Positions 30,937-40,658 of a stretch of 64,000 bases of DNA are shown one piece after another. The stretch is from Chitinophagales bacterium. GTDB lineage: Bacteria > Bacteroidota > Bacteroidia > Chitinophagales > JADJOU01. Position 1 is the stretch's first letter. Each line of letters begins with the position of its first letter. The position numbers were made by a program, and so were the translations under genes. Where the stretch lies: the NCBI GenBank assembly GCA_044368655.1, contig JBIPPB010000003.1:2067-66066 (forward strand). The letters run 5' to 3'. The notes below the pieces were generated by a model. It saw only the letters and a list, made by a program, of their open reading frames with translations, ran no database searches and was not told the DNA's origin.

Positions 30937-32547
30937 TTAATTGCTGTTTTTTCTATTCCAAGCGGCTTCAACGAGTCCTTTAAATAATGGATGTGGATTT
31001 TCGGGCGTACTTTTTAATTCAGGATGGAACTGCGCACCAATAAAAAATGGATGATTTTCTAATTCTACAATTTCAACTAAATGATTTTCAGGATTAATTC
31101 CAGTAGCCTTTAGCCCCTTACTTGTTAATAATTCTAGATATTCATTGTTAAACTCATATCGATGTCGATGACGCTCCGAAATCATATTGGTTTTATATAA
31201 TTTAAAAGCTAAAGAATTTTTATCAATAGAGCAGTCATAAGCGCCTAGACGCATGGTGCCGCCTTTTTGAGTAATATTTTTTTGTTGTTCCATTAAATGG
31301 ATAACAGGATATTTAGTTTTTTTATTCATCTCAAAAGAATGTGCGTCTTCAAGATTCGCTACATTTCTTGCAAATTCAATCACAGCCATTTGCATACCTA
31401 AGCAAATACCTAAAAAAGGAACATTTTGAGTTCGACAATATTTAATGGTTTCAATTTTTCCTATAATGGCACGTTCCCCAAATCCTGGTGCTACTAGTAT
31501 TCCGTCATATTTTGCTAAAATTTCAGAAGCATTGGATTCATTGATGGTTTTACTATGAATCGAATCCACTTTTACTTTTATTCCTTTTGCCGCTCCAGCA
31601 TGAATAAAGGATTCATAAATAGATTTATAAGCATCTTGAAGCTCAACATATTTTCCTACAACGGCAATATTTACTTCTTTTTTAGCATTCTTCAAATTAC
31701 TTAAAAATCGTTTCCATTTTTCTAATTTAGGCTCTTGTTTCGATTTAATTTTTAATTTATCTAGCACCACTAAGTCGATTTGTTCTTTGAGCATGTCAAG
31801 AGGCACGTCATAAATACTTTCTTTGTCAATAGCTTGAATTACGGCATTTTCTGACACATTACAAAAAAGGGCTATTTTTTGTTTCAAATCTTTTGGAATT
31901 TCTTTTTCTGTTCTACAAATTAAAACATCAGGTTGAATCCCGTTCTCTAATAATAATTTTACGCTATGTTGGGTTGGTTTTGTTTTTAATTCTTTTGCCG
32001 CACTCAAATAAGGCAATAAAGTAAGATGACAAACAATCGCATTTTCTTTTCCTTTGTCCCAAATAAATTGTCTTACTGCTTCAATATAAGGTAAACTTTC
32101 GATGTCGCCTACGGTTCCTCCTAATTCGGTTATAATAAAATCGTATCTTTTTACTTCGTTTAACAAGGTAAATCTCCGTTTGATTTCATCTGTAATATGA
32201 GGAATCACTTGAACGGTCTTTCCTAAAAAAGCACCTTGACGCTCTTTGTCTAAAACAGATTGATAGATTCGACCTGTCGTTACGTTATTTGCCTGAGAGG
32301 TATTAATGTTTAAAAAACGCTCATAATGACCTAAGTCTAAATCCGTTTCTGCACCATCTTCAGTTACATAGCATTCGCCATGTTCATAGGGATTTAAAGT
32401 GCCTGGGTCAATATTTAAATAAGGGTCAAATTTTTGAATGGTTACTTCAAAACCTCTATCTTGGAGCAATTTGGCTAAAGAAGCTGCAAAAATTCCTTTA
32501 CCTAAAGAACTAGAAACACCTCCAGTTACAAATATATATTTAGTCAT
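30937..32547 (-). CDS. pyrG: CTP synthase
   Basis: TKYIFVTGGV.SSLGKG, KTKPTQHSV, GICLGMQ, RHRHRYE, QFHPE. Confidence 0.98.
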   Translation of the reverse strand: MTKYIFVTGGVSSSLGKGIFAASLAKLLQDRGFEVTIQKFDPYLNIDPGTLNPYEHGECYVTEDGAETDLDLGHYERFLNINTSQANNVTTGRIYQSVLDKERQGAFLGKTVQVIPHITDEIKRRFTLLNEVKRYDFIITELGGTVGDIESLPYIEAVRQFIWDKGKENAIVCHLTLLPYLSAAKELKTKPTQHSVKLLLENGIQPDVLICRTEKEIPKDLKQKIALFCNVSENAVIQAIDKESIYDVPLDMLKEQIDLVVLDKLKIKSKQEPKLEKWKRFLSNLKNAKKEVNIAVVGKYVELQDAYKSIYESFIHAGAAKGIKVKVDSIHSKTINESNASEILAKYDGILVAPGFGERAIIGKIETIKYCRTQNVPFLGICLGMQMAVIEFARNVANLEDAHSFEMNKKTKYPVIHLMEQQKNITQKGGTMRLGAYDCSIDKNSLAFKLYKTNMISERHRHRYEFNNEYLELLTSKGLKATGINPENHLVEIVELENHPFFIGAQFHPELKSTPENPHPLFKGLVEAAWNRKNSN

Positions 32548-32644
32548 AAAAACGAATCGAAAAATTAAATATTTGTGGGCAAATGTACAGATAATTTAAT
32601 TAAACGAATCTAATTTGTTCACTATTTTAATAAACAAAAAAGCC

Positions 32645-33409
32645 CTATTTTAAAGAAATAGGATAAGGGAAAACAACATCGACTAAATGTAATCCATTGG
32701 CTGGTGCTAAATTTATGTATTGAAGAGGCGTTTGATGAATTAAAGAATCTCTAAAAGATTCAAGAGATAATTTGCCTCTTCCTATCATTATTGATGTACC
32801 TACAATACGACGAACCATATTATGTAAAAAACGATTGGCGCTAACTTCATATCTCCAAGCGTGTTCATCAAGCTGTATCCATTCGGATGTATAAAGAAGA
32901 CATTTGGTTTTTTTTGTTTCTTTGTCCAATTTGATTAAAGGTAAAAATTCGTCAAATTCAAGAAGGATTTTTGCGGCTTCTTGCATTTTTATGAAATCTA
33001 AATTATAAAATGGAAATTCGTAACTGTAAAGTTTTAAAAAGGGATTTTTGCGTGTATGTAAAAAATAGTGATATTTTCTTGAAGTAGCGTCAAATCGGGC
33101 ATGTGCATTATCTTTGACTGGAATAATTGAATGTATTGAAATGCTTCTAGGAAGCAACGCATTCATTTTCATTGCAAAATTAGAAGTCAGTTCTTTGGGG
33201 CCATCCCAATGTGCGATATAATAATCGGCATGAACGCCCGTATCGGTTCGGCCGCAACCAATTATTTTTTGTGAAACTCTTGTTAAAACCGTAAGGGCGT
33301 TTTCAATTTCTTCTTGAATCGATGGATGATTGGGTTGAAACTGCCAACCACTAAAATTGGTACCATCGTAACTTAATGTTATAAAATATCGTTGTTGGCT
33401 TTGGCTCAT
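32645..33409 (-). CDS. truA: tRNA pseudouridine(38-40) synthase
   Basis: YDGTNFSGWQ, GCGRTDTGVHA, HARFDA, FLHNMVR; start moved to the ATG at 33409. Confidence 0.95.
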   Translation of the reverse strand: MSQSQQRYFITLSYDGTNFSGWQFQPNHPSIQEEIENALTVLTRVSQKIIGCGRTDTGVHADYYIAHWDGPKELTSNFAMKMNALLPRSISIHSIIPVKDNAHARFDATSRKYHYFLHTRKNPFLKLYSYEFPFYNLDFIKMQEAAKILLEFDEFLPLIKLDKETKKTKCLLYTSEWIQLDEHAWRYEVSANRFLHNMVRRIVGTSIMIGRGKLSLESFRDSLIHQTPLQYINLAPANGLHLVDVVFPYPISLK

Positions 33410-33413
33410 ATTA

Positions 33414-34811
33414 TTATTTCGTTTCGGTATCAAAAATGTCAAAATCTTGCGATTCAAATAGAGGCTTCCATTCCATTAATATCCTAAGATTTGAGGGCAA
33501 TAAATTGTTATGACGATTTCCAATGTGTTTTATAATTCCAAAAATCGCATTTTTATATCTAAGAAAATAATATCCTTTTTTTTCAATTGATAAATCAAAA
33601 ATTTCTTTGCTTAAAAATTGTAAGGCTTGAAATTTATTAACTTCTACAATATCTATCTTTTTTTCATCCAAGCCTTCAATAGTCGATAAATAATAATTTG
33701 GAATAAACCCATTTTTTGATTCTTCTCCAATAGGTATTCCGATTTGTTTGATATATAAGTGTTTCTTTATTACGGGTAGCATTTTCAGAACAGAATGACT
33801 CACAGCATACGTCGATTGTGGCATTGCGTATTCTGAAACATGTTCTAAATATTCATCTAGAAGATAATCTTGAATATATTTTGTTTTAGTGTTGAAATAA
33901 CTAGGTTTATAATGCGATTGGATTTCTTCTTCTTTTTTTTGTAATATAGCACAAAAAAAGCCTTCTCCTTTTACTTTATGAGGATAAAATCCATAGCCAT
34001 TAATTTCTTCATCATTAACTTGATAGATGCCCCAATTTTCATCAATTTCAATAGAAATAGTATTAAACAATAGTCCACTTTTTTTCAACTGCAATAAAAG
34101 TTTCTCATTTTCTCCAGAATTAAACGTACAAGTGCTGTATATCAAAATGCCACCTGGTTTGAGTGCAGGCCATACCTCGTTTAAGATATCGAATTGCCTT
34201 AAAGCGCATTTTTCAGTATTTTCAATATTCCACTCAGTTGCAGCTTGCGGGTCTTTACGAAAAAGTCCCTCGCCCGAACACGGGGCATCTACAGCTATGG
34301 CATCAAAAAAATGAATCATTTTACCAAAATCAGACGCATTGTTTTGTGTAACGACCATGTTTGTTTTTCCCCATTTACTTATATTTTGTTTTAAAGCGGC
34401 ATTTCTTTTTTCTATAATTTCATTACAAACAAGAAAATCTGTAATTTTGATTAAATTAGAAATAAGTGTCGATTTGCCGCCTGGAGCGGCGCACAAATCT
34501 AAAACGGAATGGAAAGGGTGTCCTTTGAGTTTTAACTGCTCAATAACTTGCTCTAAAAACATACTACTCGCCTCTTGAACATAGTAATGTGAAGCCCAAA
34601 AGTAGGGATCTAATGTAAAAATAGGTCGCTTTGGTAAAAAATAACCATTTGAGCTCCAAGGCACTTTAGGGAAGTTGATTTTTGAAGATTTTGAAGGATT
34701 GATTCGAATTGAAGTTGCCGATGGCTGATTTAATGCATTCAAAAATTGAGTTGCGTCTTCTTTAAATTGCAACTTAATTCGATCTTCAAAAGGAGTTGGC
34801 CAATTAGACAT
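33414..34811 (-). CDS. RsmF/NOL1/NOP2 RNA cytosine-C5 methyltransferase
   Basis: YYVQEASSM, LDLCAAPGGKS, VDAPCSGEG, YSTCT. Confidence 0.92.
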   Translation of the reverse strand: MSNWPTPFEDRIKLQFKEDATQFLNALNQPSATSIRINPSKSSKINFPKVPWSSNGYFLPKRPIFTLDPYFWASHYYVQEASSMFLEQVIEQLKLKGHPFHSVLDLCAAPGGKSTLISNLIKITDFLVCNEIIEKRNAALKQNISKWGKTNMVVTQNNASDFGKMIHFFDAIAVDAPCSGEGLFRKDPQAATEWNIENTEKCALRQFDILNEVWPALKPGGILIYSTCTFNSGENEKLLLQLKKSGLLFNTISIEIDENWGIYQVNDEEINGYGFYPHKVKGEGFFCAILQKKEEEIQSHYKPSYFNTKTKYIQDYLLDEYLEHVSEYAMPQSTYAVSHSVLKMLPVIKKHLYIKQIGIPIGEESKNGFIPNYYLSTIEGLDEKKIDIVEVNKFQALQFLSKEIFDLSIEKKGYYFLRYKNAIFGIIKHIGNRHNNLLPSNLRILMEWKPLFESQDFDIFDTETK

Positions 34812-34918
34812 TATAAATAAAGGGTATTTGAATTGTAATTAAAATGAAAATATTTCAAATAGTCGAGTTTTTAAGATGAATATAAATATGTATTCAGATA
34901 TAAAAGAACAAATATAAA

Positions 34919-35143
34919 TTATTTAAAAAAAATACAAGGGTTCGTTTTAGAAAAAAAGAAGAATAGTAGGGATTCAGCTCTAGTTTCAAACTCTTTAAAA
35001 TAAACGATTTTCCATGGTTTGAAAGCTTTCGTTGAATAAACGTATCCATTATTGTGTCTTAAAATTCTTTTAGTTAAATCATTTGTTTGTCCGATATAAA
35101 AACGGTCAAATTTTTCAGAATAAAGGATATAAGTGAAAAACAT
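34919..35143 (-). pseudogene. Small GIY-YIG nuclease with degenerate C-terminus
   Basis: YILYS...FYIGQT.DL..R..RHN.G...T....PW motifs; after ETRAES the sequence becomes low-complexity and the conserved Glu of the E..IK helix is absent. Confidence 0.65.
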
Positions 35144-35167
35144 AGAAAGATAGAATCTACTAAAAAC

Positions 35168-35197
35168 AAAAAAAGACTTACCGAAGTAAGTCTTTTT
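35168..35197 (-). terminator. Terminator after tRNA-Leu
   Basis: AAAAAGACTTAC-cgaa-GTAAGTCTTTTT; cUUCGg loop on the minus strand followed by a U-run. Confidence 0.88.
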
Positions 35198-35198
35198 G

Positions 35199-35284
35199 TA
35201 CCCCGGGCGGGACTTGAACCCGCACGGACATTACTGCCCACAGGATTTTAAGTCCTGCGTGTCTACCAATTCCACCACCAGGGT
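35199..35284 (-). tRNA. tRNA-Leu(TAA)
   Basis: ACCCTGG...CAGGA CT TAA AA TCCTG...GGTTCAAGTCC...CCGGGGT A; long variable arm. Confidence 0.96.
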
Positions 35285-35300
35285 ATAGGTGTTTTTTGTG

Positions 35301-35376
35301 TGGAGCGAAAGACGAGATTCGAACTCGCGACCCCAACCTTGGCAAGGTTGTGCTCTACCAGCTGAGCTACTTTCGC
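35301..35376 (-). tRNA. tRNA-Gly(GCC)
   Basis: GCGAAAGTAGCTCAGCTGGTAGAGCACAACCTTGCCAAGGTTGGGGTCGCGAGTTCGAATCTCGTCTTTCGCTCCA. Confidence 0.98.
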
Positions 35377-35454
35377 ATTTTTTTTACAAAAACGACTGCA
35401 AAATTAAAAGAAAAAATTAAAATGCAATGTTTTTTTTATTTTACAAAATAATTG

Positions 35455-35525
35455 AGGTCGAGAGCGGATTCGAACCGCTGTACAAGCTTTTGCAGAGCTC
35501 TGCCTAGCCACTCGGCCACCCGACC
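35455..35525 (-). tRNA. tRNA-Cys(GCA)
   Basis: GGTCGGGTGGCCGAGTGGCTAGGCAGAGCTCTGCAAAAGCTTGTACAGCGGTTCGAATCCGCTCTCGACCT. Confidence 0.97.
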
Positions 35526-35564
35526 TTAATATATTTTAAAAGAACGCTTTTCAAATTAGGAGTG

Positions 35565-35611
35565 CAAATATAAAACTATTTTTAACTATGCGTAGTTTTT
35601 TTTTAAATTTG
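35565..35611. promoter_or_regulatory. Divergent -7 elements for tRNA-Cys (minus) and mrdA (plus)
   Basis: TATATTTG on minus at 35565-35572; TAAATTTG on plus at 35604-35611. Confidence 0.7.
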
Positions 35612-35640
35612 CACTTCAATTTTATATATATAATTTAAAA

Positions 35641-37503
35641 ATGCAAGATATTTTTTCTTCACGAAAGCTTTTTATTCAAGCAGTTATATTAATAGCTTGC
35701 ATTGTTTTTATATTAAAATTATTTTATCTTCAAGTTATCGACTCTGGGTATCGAGAAAAAAGTAATGAAAATGCCATCAAAGAACTCATCGTTTATCCTC
35801 CAAGAGGACAAATTTTTGATCGAAATTCTAAATTAATTGTGCATAATGAAAACTTATTTGATATTATGGTTACTTATAATGAAGTTCCTAAAAATATTGA
35901 TTCTATAAGACTTTGCGAGTATCTTGGTATTGATATGGAATATTATCAAGAGCAAATGAAAAAAGCAAAAAAACAATCGAGATATAAAGAGTTTCAGTTT
36001 TTAAAACAAGTCTCTATAGAAACCTATAATCGTTTTCAGGAACATATCCATAAATTTAAAGGATTTTATGGTCAAAGCCGTTTTATAAGAAATTATCCTG
36101 ATTCCTCTGCGGCATTAATTCTTGGAGATATTGGAGAAGTGGACAGTTCACAAATTAAGGCTAGCGAGGATTACGTTTATCTTAGTGGAGAGTATATTGG
36201 GAAAAATGGCTTGGAACAAAGTTATGAAAAATATTTGAGAGGTCAACGTGGAGTTAAAACCGTTATGGTTGATGCATTTGGAAGAGTATTAGGTAGTTTT
36301 TCGGAAGGGCAATATGATAAAAAATCTAAAGCGGGAGATGATTTGATTTCAACTTTAGATATTGAATTGCAAAAGTTTGGTGAAGCATTGCTGACAAATA
36401 AAAAAGGAAGCATTGTAGCTATAGAGCCCAATACGGGAGAGATTTTAGCTTTATGTAGCGGGCCAACATATGATCCGAATATATTAAAAGGCAAAATTCG
36501 GGGTGAAAATTATGCTAAATTAGTACGAAATAAAAATAAACCATTATTGAATAGAGCTATTCAGGGCGTTTATCCTCCTGGTTCCATTTTTAAGGCTGCT
36601 GTAGCTTTAGTAGCGCTTCAAATGCGAGCCATTGATATTAATTTTACGTATTATTGTCCTGGTTATTATCCAATTGGAGCTAAAAGACTAAAGTGTTCTC
36701 ATGGTCATCCGGCTTGTAAAAACATCATGGAGGCGCTTATGCATTCTTGTAATCCTTATTTTTGTCAAACGTTTAGAAATTCAATTGATGTAGATAATGC
36801 TAAATCTATAGCTTTAGATTACAGCAAATGGTATAAAAATATGATGCGTTTTGGCTTGAATCAAAAATTAGGCTTGGACATAAAAAATGAAAAGAAAGGG
36901 AATCTTCCGGACACTGGATTTTATAATCGAATGTATCGAAATTCTTGGAAACCAACCACTATTATTTCTTTAGGTATTGGTCAGGGAGAAGTTTTGATGA
37001 CACCGCTTCAAATGGCAAATACATATGCAACTATTGCTAATCGAGGTTATTATATCGTTCCTCATCTGGTTAAAAATATTGTTAAAGATGGTGTAAAGTA
37101 TAAAAATCCGAGTATAAAAAAAGTCATGGTGCCCATCGAACAAAGTAAATATAATGCGGTAATTGATGGTTTGGAGCGCGTTGTGGTTTCTGGAACGGCA
37201 AGAAGTTCTAAAATAGAAGGGATTTCTTTGTGTGGAAAAACTGGTACTGCTCAAAATCCCCATGGAAATGATCACTCTATTTTTGTAGGATTTGCCCCAA
37301 AAGATAATCCAAAAATCGTAGTAGCTTGTGTGGTAGAAAATGCAGGAAGCGGAGGAGGAACTGCGGGCCCAATTGTGAGCTTAATTTGTGAAAAATATAT
37401 CAAAAAGAAGTTAAGTCCTGCTCGTGAAGCTACATTTCAAATGATAAAAAATCGTCATATCATAAAATTTAATCTAGATGAAGACATCGTCGATAGTCAA
37501 TAA
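35641..37503 (+). CDS. mrdA: Penicillin-binding protein 2
   Basis: PPRGQIFDRN, YPPGSIFK (SxxK), SCN (SxN), GKTGTAQ. Confidence 0.95.
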   Translation: MQDIFSSRKLFIQAVILIACIVFILKLFYLQVIDSGYREKSNENAIKELIVYPPRGQIFDRNSKLIVHNENLFDIMVTYNEVPKNIDSIRLCEYLGIDMEYYQEQMKKAKKQSRYKEFQFLKQVSIETYNRFQEHIHKFKGFYGQSRFIRNYPDSSAALILGDIGEVDSSQIKASEDYVYLSGEYIGKNGLEQSYEKYLRGQRGVKTVMVDAFGRVLGSFSEGQYDKKSKAGDDLISTLDIELQKFGEALLTNKKGSIVAIEPNTGEILALCSGPTYDPNILKGKIRGENYAKLVRNKNKPLLNRAIQGVYPPGSIFKAAVALVALQMRAIDINFTYYCPGYYPIGAKRLKCSHGHPACKNIMEALMHSCNPYFCQTFRNSIDVDNAKSIALDYSKWYKNMMRFGLNQKLGLDIKNEKKGNLPDTGFYNRMYRNSWKPTTIISLGIGQGEVLMTPLQMANTYATIANRGYYIVPHLVKNIVKDGVKYKNPSIKKVMVPIEQSKYNAVIDGLERVVVSGTARSSKIEGISLCGKTGTAQNPHGNDHSIFVGFAPKDNPKIVVACVVENAGSGGGTAGPIVSLICEKYIKKKLSPAREATFQMIKNRHIIKFNLDEDIVDSQ

Positions 37504-38746
37504 AATTGATTGGCAATTAACAATTGCATATTTAATTCTTATGTTTTTTGGATGGATAGCAGTATATTCTGCTGCTTATAATGCCGATCATCCAAATATA
37601 TTTGACTTCAAAATGACCTATGGCAAACAATTTGTTTGGATTGTAGTGAGTTTGATTATTGGATTTCTAATTATTAATTTAAGTTCTAGGCTTTTTAGTG
37701 CTTTTGCAAATGTGTACTATGTGATTACAATACTGCTTCTCATTTTACTATTATTTTTTGGCAAAGAAGTCAATGGAAATCGGGCATGGTTTGATCTCGG
37801 TTTTTTTAGATTGCAACCATCGGAGTTCTCAAAAATATCAACCGCTTTAGTTTTATCTAGTTTATTAAGTAATGTAGATTTTAATCTCCAAAAAAAATCA
37901 AATATTATTTTATCAGCACTTATCATTTTTGTGCCTTTTGTATTAGTAGCTACTCATGATACAGGTTCTTCACTTGTGTTTTTATCCTTTATTCTTTTAC
38001 TTTATCGCTTTGGGCTTTCCGCTTGGATTGTTTATGTAAGTATGTATCTACTTTTTTTATCCATAATTTCTTTAATTTTTCCGTTTTATTATATTGTAAT
38101 TGCTATAAGTTTAATTATTATTTCCGTAGTTTTTTATCTTCGAAGACGAAAAGAAATAAGGCAAATTCTTGCATTTTCAATGCTTTTCATTATTATTTCT
38201 GGATTTTATAGTTATTCAATTGATTTTACATTTGATAAATTAAAAAAACATCAACAAGATCGAATTCGGGTTATGCTTGGTCAGGATCGAGATGACGAAG
38301 GTCGTTTGTTAAATGTGCATCAAGTCAAACAAAGCACCATCGCTATAGGTGCAGGGCAATTTTTAGGAAAAGGATTTTTAAATGGTACGCAATCTAAAGG
38401 TAGCTTTCTTCCTGCTAAAGACACGGATACAATTTTTTGTACTATAGGCGAAGAGTTTGGATTTGTGGGCTCTATTTTAGTGATTGCCTTATATGTTTTT
38501 ATTATGTTTCGTATTATGTTTTTGGCCGAAAAGCAAAAGTCTAAGTTTTCAAAAGTTTATGGCTATGCTATTGTTTGTATTTTTGCCATACATTTTATTA
38601 TAAATATTGGAATGACTTTGCGTGTGATGCCTGTAATTGGTATTCCTCTTCCTGCACTGAGTTATGGCGGATCTTCTTTAATTGCATTTACAATTTTGAT
38701 TTTTTCTTTTATCAAAATGGATAGTGAAAAATGGATATATGCATAA
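37478..38746 (+). CDS. rodA: Rod shape-determining protein RodA
   Basis: SEDS motifs LQPSEFSK, GEEFGFVG, PVIGIPLP.LSYGGSS; follows mrdA. Confidence 0.95.
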   Translation: MKTSSIVNKIDWQLTIAYLILMFFGWIAVYSAAYNADHPNIFDFKMTYGKQFVWIVVSLIIGFLIINLSSRLFSAFANVYYVITILLLILLLFFGKEVNGNRAWFDLGFFRLQPSEFSKISTALVLSSLLSNVDFNLQKKSNIILSALIIFVPFVLVATHDTGSSLVFLSFILLLYRFGLSAWIVYVSMYLLFLSIISLIFPFYYIVIAISLIIISVVFYLRRRKEIRQILAFSMLFIIISGFYSYSIDFTFDKLKKHQQDRIRVMLGQDRDDEGRLLNVHQVKQSTIAIGAGQFLGKGFLNGTQSKGSFLPAKDTDTIFCTIGEEFGFVGSILVIALYVFIMFRIMFLAEKQKSKFSKVYGYAIVCIFAIHFIINIGMTLRVMPVIGIPLPALSYGGSSLIAFTILIFSFIKMDSEKWIYA

Positions 38747-39587
38747 TTTTATTAAATTAACGCGCTCTTTTTTAGCTGAAATACGCATTTTTAATTTATT
38801 AATGATATTTTCGGCACAATGGATTATTGGATATAGCATGCAGTTTGAAGCATTTAATCAATCTTATTATTCAAGTATTTTTATTATCATTTTTGGAACC
38901 ATATTTATTACTTCTGCAGGCTATTTGCAAAATAATTTGTTGGATCTAAAATTGGACATGGAGTGTAAAAAAAAGGAGCGCTTTTTTTTATTGCATTTTG
39001 CTAAATCTTCAATAAAAATTATTTTTCTTCTTTATATAATTGGGATTTCTTTGATCGCCTTTTATTCATTTTCAATAACGAATTATTCCGTTTTATTGAT
39101 TTCAATTCTTAGCGTTTTACTTTTAAATCTTTATAATCTTTATTTAAAAAAAATTGTATTTATTGGAAATATTGCAGTTGCTTTACTTTGTATATTTTCA
39201 ATCATCATTATTTATAAGATCTTTCCAATTCATGAAGGAAAAATAAATTTCTTTCAAAATCCCGTGTTGTTATTTGTTGGTTTTTATTCCTATTTAAGAG
39301 AATTTGTGAAAGACTTTGAAGATCAAAAATGTGATGCACAATTTGGATATAAAACATTCCCTATTCTCATTTCAGAAAAAAATAGCTTTATCTATTTCGC
39401 ATCGCTATTATTTCTTTTTGTTACGTACCTAATTTTTGATGAATTTAAACTTGAAATTATTGGATTTCTTGCTGTTTATCATATAATTTTATTATATTTT
39501 TTTTATAATAAGGATTATAGCAAAGTAAGTGTACTACTTAAAACATTATTCTTAATTGGTATTGTTTTTATTTGGAACGCTTTATAA
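38724..39587 (+). CDS. UbiA-family prenyltransferase
   Basis: AGYLQNNLLDLKLD, REFVKDFEDQKCD..GYKTFP; multiple transmembrane segments. Confidence 0.8.
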   Translation: MKNGYMHNFIKLTRSFLAEIRIFNLLMIFSAQWIIGYSMQFEAFNQSYYSSIFIIIFGTIFITSAGYLQNNLLDLKLDMECKKKERFFLLHFAKSSIKIIFLLYIIGISLIAFYSFSITNYSVLLISILSVLLLNLYNLYLKKIVFIGNIAVALLCIFSIIIIYKIFPIHEGKINFFQNPVLLFVGFYSYLREFVKDFEDQKCDAQFGYKTFPILISEKNSFIYFASLLFLFVTYLIFDEFKLEIIGFLAVYHIILLYFFYNKDYSKVSVLLKTLFLIGIVFIWNAL

Positions 39588-40532
39588 AACAGCATTAGCA
39601 ATTTTTACAATGCTCTCGCTTCTACTCATCGTATAGTAATGTAATGACGGAACTCCTGCCGCTTTTAGCTCCATACTTTGCGCTATACACCATTCGATGC
39701 CTACTTTTTGAATATCTTCATTAGTTTTACATCGTTCCAATTCTTTGGTTAAATCTTCAGGTAAATCCACAAAGAAATGCGAAGGAATTGAATTGATTTG
39801 TCTTTTGAATTCAATAGGTTTAAGTCCTGGAATAATTGGAACATTTATCCCCATTTCTCTACATTTCTCAACAAAATTAAAATATTTTTTGTTATCAAAA
39901 AACATTTGAGTTACGACATAATCTGCGCCCAAATCTACTTTATGTTTTAGCCATTTTAAATCCGTATTTAAGTTAGGCGCCATAAAATGTTTTTCGGGAT
40001 ATCCTGCTACTCCTATACAAAAATCCGTTTCCATTTCGTTTATTGTTTCTTCGTGAAGAAACTTGCCACGATTCATATTTGCTACTTGCTCTACCAATTC
40101 GCTGGCAAAATTGTGAGACTTGTTTTTTTGAATTTGTATATTATTCTTCGTGTCTCCTTTTAAAATCAATACATTTTCAATACCTTGATAATACAAAGAA
40201 AAAAGAGCGTCTTCGGTTTCTTCTTTAGAGAATCCTACACAAACTAAATGCGGTACGGTTTCTACATCGTATTTATATGAAATCGCCGCACAAATTCCCA
40301 CCGTTCCGGGTCTTTTGCGCAAAGGCGCTTCTTCAATTAATCCATCGGCCCTTCTTTTATAAATCATTTCTTCAGGATGGTATGTAACATCTATAAATGC
40401 AGGCTTGAATTCCATTAGTGGATCTAAAACTTCAAATAAATCATTTATTTTTTTACCCTTCTGTGGAGGTAAAATTTCTAAAGAAAATTGCGTTTTTCCA
40501 TTCGCATTTTTAAGTTTATCTACTATTTTCAT
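39582..40532 (-). CDS. metF: Methylenetetrahydrofolate reductase
   Basis: FSLEILPP, VPHLVC, VAGYPEKH, VTQMFFDN, LHYYTM. Confidence 0.95.
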   Translation of the reverse strand: MKIVDKLKNANGKTQFSLEILPPQKGKKINDLFEVLDPLMEFKPAFIDVTYHPEEMIYKRRADGLIEEAPLRKRPGTVGICAAISYKYDVETVPHLVCVGFSKEETEDALFSLYYQGIENVLILKGDTKNNIQIQKNKSHNFASELVEQVANMNRGKFLHEETINEMETDFCIGVAGYPEKHFMAPNLNTDLKWLKHKVDLGADYVVTQMFFDNKKYFNFVEKCREMGINVPIIPGLKPIEFKRQINSIPSHFFVDLPEDLTKELERCKTNEDIQKVGIEWCIAQSMELKAAGVPSLHYYTMSRSESIVKIANAVL

Positions 40533-40658
40533 TAATCCAAAATATTTGCAAATATAGTTAAATTTAAATTTTTACACTTTTAATTTGATTAAAATCAAAC
40601 AAACGTTTGGTAAATTAAAAAAATATAGTATCTTTGTGTCAAAATAAAATTGAAATTT

